64,000 nt of DNA from Scenedesmus sp. PABB004 (taxonomy: Eukaryota), in the NCBI GenBank assembly GCA_014905635.1, contig JABVCE010000039.1:124001-188000 (forward strand). The letters run 5' to 3'. The translations under genes were made by a program, and so were the position numbers. Shown here piece by piece: positions 59,893-64,000 of the stretch. Under the pieces are notes generated by a model. The model made no database searches, was not told the origin of the DNA, and saw nothing but the letters and a program-made list of their open reading frames with translations. How positions within the stretch are numbered: position 1 is the stretch's first letter; each line of letters begins with the position of its first letter.

Positions 59893-61420
59893 CCTAGAGG
59901 CGCGCCGGGCGCCGCTGCGCGGGCGCGTGGGCCAGGGCACGGGCGGGGAGGCGCTGGCGCCGGCAGGGCACCGGCAGGGCGTGGTCGCGCAGGATGTGGG
60001 GGCGCGGGGGCAGCGAGCGAGAGCGAGAGCGGCGGCAGCCGTGGAACGCACGGTGGCTCGTTACAAACTGAACGCCACAATCTGAACGCCACAATCGACG
60101 ACCACGAACGAAACGCCGCAGCATCAGCGCACCGCGGCGGCGCCGCCCTTGTCCAGGGCGCGCGCGCGCCGGCCGCCCGAGCCGGTCACCACCACCACTA
60201 CCCGCCGGCCGCAGCAGCCCGCGCACACAAGGCGCGCGCCTGCCGGCCCGAATGCGAGGCTTGTGTGCGTTCTCTCGCGTCAATGCCGCCGACGTGCGGC
60301 ACACAACAGAGAGAGACGTGCGTGTGTGCGGCCGGTTCTGGGCGTCCCGCCCGCCCCTTGGACGCGACATCAACAAACGCGGCACGCGACCTCAACAAAC
60401 GCGGCACGCGACCGCGTCCCACGCGCGGCCCGACCCCTCGCACCGACTCCTGGCACAGTTCCGTCGCACGCCAGCCCTCGTGCCCGGCGCGCAGCGGCGC
60501 GCACACGCACGCAGCGTGCGCCAATTCATAACGGTTCAAGTCTGTAGGCGCGCCGACCCGGCCACGCACGCACGGCGCTCATTCAGCGCCGGGGCCGCGG
60601 CCGGCCGAGCGACGTGCGCCCGAGTCAAATCCAGCCCGTGGCGGGCACACCCGACAGCGCTGCGGAGCTCTCGGTCACGGCCGCGCTGCGGCGTGATTTC
60701 ATTCCGTGCTGCGCTGCAGCGGCAGCACGTGTGTACAGAGCCCTTCAATCCAGGGCTCGCTGGTGGTAGCGGGGAGGAGGTACGTCGACGACGTGCGGGG
60801 CGGTGGCGCTGACGCAGCGGCGGCCACGCGCTGTCGGTGGTGCCACGTCGGCCCCCCGCCGGCTCATAGCGAGAGCAGGCTGCTCACGATCGGCACGGGC
60901 AGGCGAACCCAGCCCTGCGCAGACAGCAGCGCGACTGTGGTCGCCACAAGGGACGCGACCACGTCCAGCGCCGCCGGCCAGCCAGCGCCGCCGGCGACCA
61001 CGTCCAGCGCGGCCGGCCAGACGCGCGCGACTTGGTCCTGCTGGCCCATGCCGGCAGCGCCCGACGGCGCGGGACGCTGCGCGGGGAGGGAGCGCCGAGG
61101 ATGTGGCTGTCGCGTGCCGGCGGTGCGGGCGGGCTGCTCGGGGGCGTCGCTGCGTCGGTCCGTGGGCGTGAGGTCGGGTCGGCGATGAGGGACTGTAAGC
61201 GGCGGCGGGCGAGCGGCACGCCCTTTGTCGGCGCCGCCGTCGCTTTTGTGGCGGCCCCAAACCGCGCGGTCTCTCAACCCGCGCTCCAGCGCCCGCTTCA
61301 ACCTGCAGAGCGGCGTTTGCATGCACGCCGCCACGTGGCGGCGCCCGGCCTGGCGCGAGGAGCAACGCGCTGCCCCGGCGGTCGCCCCACGCGCCGCGTG
61401 CGCAGACAGTCAGCCCCCCT

Positions 61421-63915
61421 GTGCCGCACGTGGAGGCGGCTGTGCAGGTGCGCCGACCCGCTCCCGGCGCAGCAGGGGGCTGTGCAGGCAGCGGCGCTGC
61501 GCGGGCGCGCGGCCGGGCGGCGGCCGCGCGCCGCGACTTCGGTGACGCCGGCTGACCGGCGCGCACGGCGCGGATCGCCCGACCGCCGCCCGCCAGAATA
61601 CCTCTCTGGCCGATCGGTGGGCGGACCGACGGCGGGGGGAGGGTGAACCCCGGCCGGGCGCGGCGGGGGCGAACCCGCGAGGCTCTCGCCGCCCGTGTGG
61701 CGCGCCGTCGACGCCCGCCCGCCCGCCAGTCACTCGTTCGACCGCCATGCAGCGTCTGGCGCGTCGCTAGGGCCGCACCCGCCGTGCTGCAGGGCGTGGG
61801 AGGCCGGGCTGCTTCCTGCGGAAGCATGCCGCGCCGGCGCGTCAAGATTGGATCCTACGGCAGCTCCAAGGCAGACCGTCGACGGGGTGGCCGGGCGGAG
61901 GTCGAGCGCCTCACAGCCGAGCTGCACAGCAAGCTGGAGCTGCTCGAACAGGCGCAGCAGCAGCACGCCGCCAGCAGACATGAGGTGCGCGGGCAGTGGG
62001 CGCCCGCCTGGTGCTGCTGGGCCGCGCTGTGCCGCGAGGGCGCTCCCCTGCGGCCCTGCGCAGCGGGCGCCGGCGGCCCGGCGCGCGCGCCGCCAGACGG
62101 CGACCGCTGCTGCTGCCGCCGCTGCTGCTCGCAGCACCACCTGCTGGTCGGCTACTGCGACGCGCTGCAGTGGACGCTGGAGCACATGGCGGCGGGCCAG
62201 CAGCAGCAGCAGAGCGACGATGACGATGCCAGTTCAGAGCCGTGCGTCGACCGCGCGCGCAGCAGCACCAGCCGCAGCGGCAGCAGCGGTCGGGCGGCGC
62301 CCAGCGAGTGCCAGGTGGCGCTGCTGGAGCAGCTGGTGCGGCTGCCGTACAGCGCGGCGCCGCCAGGGGCGCTGGCAGGGCACGGCAGCGCCTGCGCGCC
62401 CGGCGGCGCCGCGTGCGCGCCCGGCAGCGAATACGAGCCGGGCGCGGCGGCAGACGACCGCGTCGCGCCGCGGCACGACCCGTTTTGCTGGTGGCGGTGG
62501 TTGCTGGTGCAGCCGCCTTTTCCAAACATCGACACGCTGACCCTGGAGGGCGCGTGCGCCGCCATGGATGAGGTGCGTGGCTGCCGTGGGGCGTGGCCGG
62601 GCGCCGGGTGCCGGCAAGCGCCGCAGCCGCGTCGCCGTGTGCCCGACGGCGGCCGCCGCCGCTGCGTCGCAGGTCGTGCAAGAGCTGGCCCTGAGCCTGG
62701 TGCTGCTGGACGGGCCGTGCAGCGGCGAGCTGGCGCCACTGAGCCGCCTCAAGGCCGCGCTTTGCAGGGCCATGTACCTGTTGATGAGCGCAACACTCTC
62801 CAAGCGCAACGAGCTCTTGACTGAGCTCTGCCTCACCAACCGCGCGACGGGCGAGCAGGCCACAGAGCACGACCTCGCGCGCTACAAGGCGGTGGTGCTG
62901 GGCGTGCGCCTGAGCCGCGACCAGGTCGCCGACATGCTGGCCGGCCTGGCTGCGTTCAACCGCCTGCACGCGCCGCTGCTGGAGCAGGTGCGCCGCCAGC
63001 GGGCGGGCGGCTCTGCCCGCTGTGAGCGCGCCGCCTCTCATCCTCGCGCGCTGCCGCCGCCTGCAGGTGCGCGAGCTGCAGACGCAGCTGGCAGCCGGCG
63101 GCCACGACGGCGCGCGCAGCAGCATGCTGCAGCACCTGGAGCGCACGACGGCGGAGAGCGCCAAGCTCGACCGCCTGGCACTTCTGTCGAGCAAGTGCGG
63201 GCTGCTGCGCGGCATGCTTGGCGTCACCTTGTACGGCGCGCTCACGTGGCGCCAGCTGGCGCGAGTAGCGGTGCTCAGCAGCCCATTCACACCTGCGGCG
63301 CCCGTGCTGGCGCAGGCGGTGGCCGCGTTGGCGCGCGAGGGCGCGCTGTGAGCTGGCGCCGGCGTGCGCACGGGGGCTCAGGTCGCACCGCTGGCAGCGG
63401 CGCAATTTGTTGTCCTGCATCTGTGTTCTCTGTCGCCACCCTGCTGAGAGCTCAACGAACGACCGCACGCGTGTCCGGCAGCGCAGGAGGGGGGGGGCTC
63501 TTCAGTTCAAACAGGGGTGGGGTGGAGTGGGGTGATTCATTCATTGTGGCTGCGCCTCACAGCTTGGGATTATAACGCGCGCGCACGTGCCTCAAGGCAG
63601 CAGGCACGTCTCACAGCCCAACGGGCTCGGGCGGGCTCGGGCGAGCTGTCAAGGTTGACACCGAACGTGGAGGCTGCACGGCTGGGTGCGGAACGGCAAA
63701 CTGGGGGCAGGTCGCCCGAGAGCGCGGTGCGGGGGCACGCGGGTGGACTCGCACAGCACTGATCAGGTGGCAGTGCCACCGGCATCGCCGGCGCGTGCGC
63801 GGTGCTGTCGTGTGACGCTGGCCGCGGCCGCCGGCAGCTGGCGATGGGGGAGGGGCAGTTTTGCATGCATGTGATGGCGCGGGCAGGTGTGTGACGAGGT
63901 TGCCCGAGGTGCCGA
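61421..63915 (+). repeat. Cassette copy 3: gene plus conserved flanks, inverted relative to copy 2
   Basis: 5' flank matches about 30156-30420; 3' flank matches about 42990-43500 (reverse complement). Boundaries approximate. Confidence 0.85.
61826..63351 (+). CDS. Coiled-coil protein, bZIP-like zipper plus DOG1/TGA-like helical domain (copy 3, intact, 4 exons)
   Basis: Same exon structure as copy 2; ends GALTWRQLARVAVLSSPFTPAAPVLAQAVAALAREGAL*. Confidence 0.8.
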
Positions 63916-64000
63916 GGCACGCGGCGAGCTCGCGGCGTTGCCGGCGCAGCCCAGCCGCCCGGCGGCAGTGCACACACGTGGAGAGCCGCGGTCGGCGTTC

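Noticed and set aside
1..64000. Prokaryotic systems (CRISPR, operons, defence islands), tRNA or rRNA genes
   Set aside because: Spliceosomal introns and eukaryote-specific genes throughout; no repeat-spacer array, cloverleaf or rRNA sequence recognised by eye.

Overview
Extremely GC-rich, gene-dense eukaryotic nuclear DNA with many short introns. A nuclear VIPP1 with transit peptide, a TGTAA poly(A) signal and the gene content point to a chlorophyte green alga (probably Sphaeropleales; inference). Most long six-frame ORFs are GC artefacts, so genes were rebuilt by eye from conserved motifs and some exon boundaries are approximate. Genes, left to right: UTP20 (partial), rhodanese/TrhO-type STR8-like, calcineurin-like metallophosphoesterase, SMG1 kinase, a Zn-finger/polyQ hypothetical protein, a Zwint/Sos7-like kinetochore protein, a SET-domain protein with signal peptide, an Aux/IAA-type PB1 protein, VIPP1, BBOF1, an SDE3/MOV10 helicase, CDC45, a small plastid membrane protein, and three dispersed copies of a coiled-coil (bZIP/DOG1-like) gene cassette. 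Most notable non-coding signals: (1) a 168-nt element, 167/168 identical, in sense orientation in introns of two divergent neighbouring genes, which folds as an H/ACA snoRNA whose pocket matches the LSU rRNA sequence UCAUUG-U-G-AAGCAG; (2) an intronic C/D snoRNA candidate in UTP20; (3) the gene cassette, whose 3' flank reappears upstream of another copy, with one copy broken by a truncated LINE and a 2.3-kb insert bounded by a 12-bp direct repeat; (4) several GC-AG introns.
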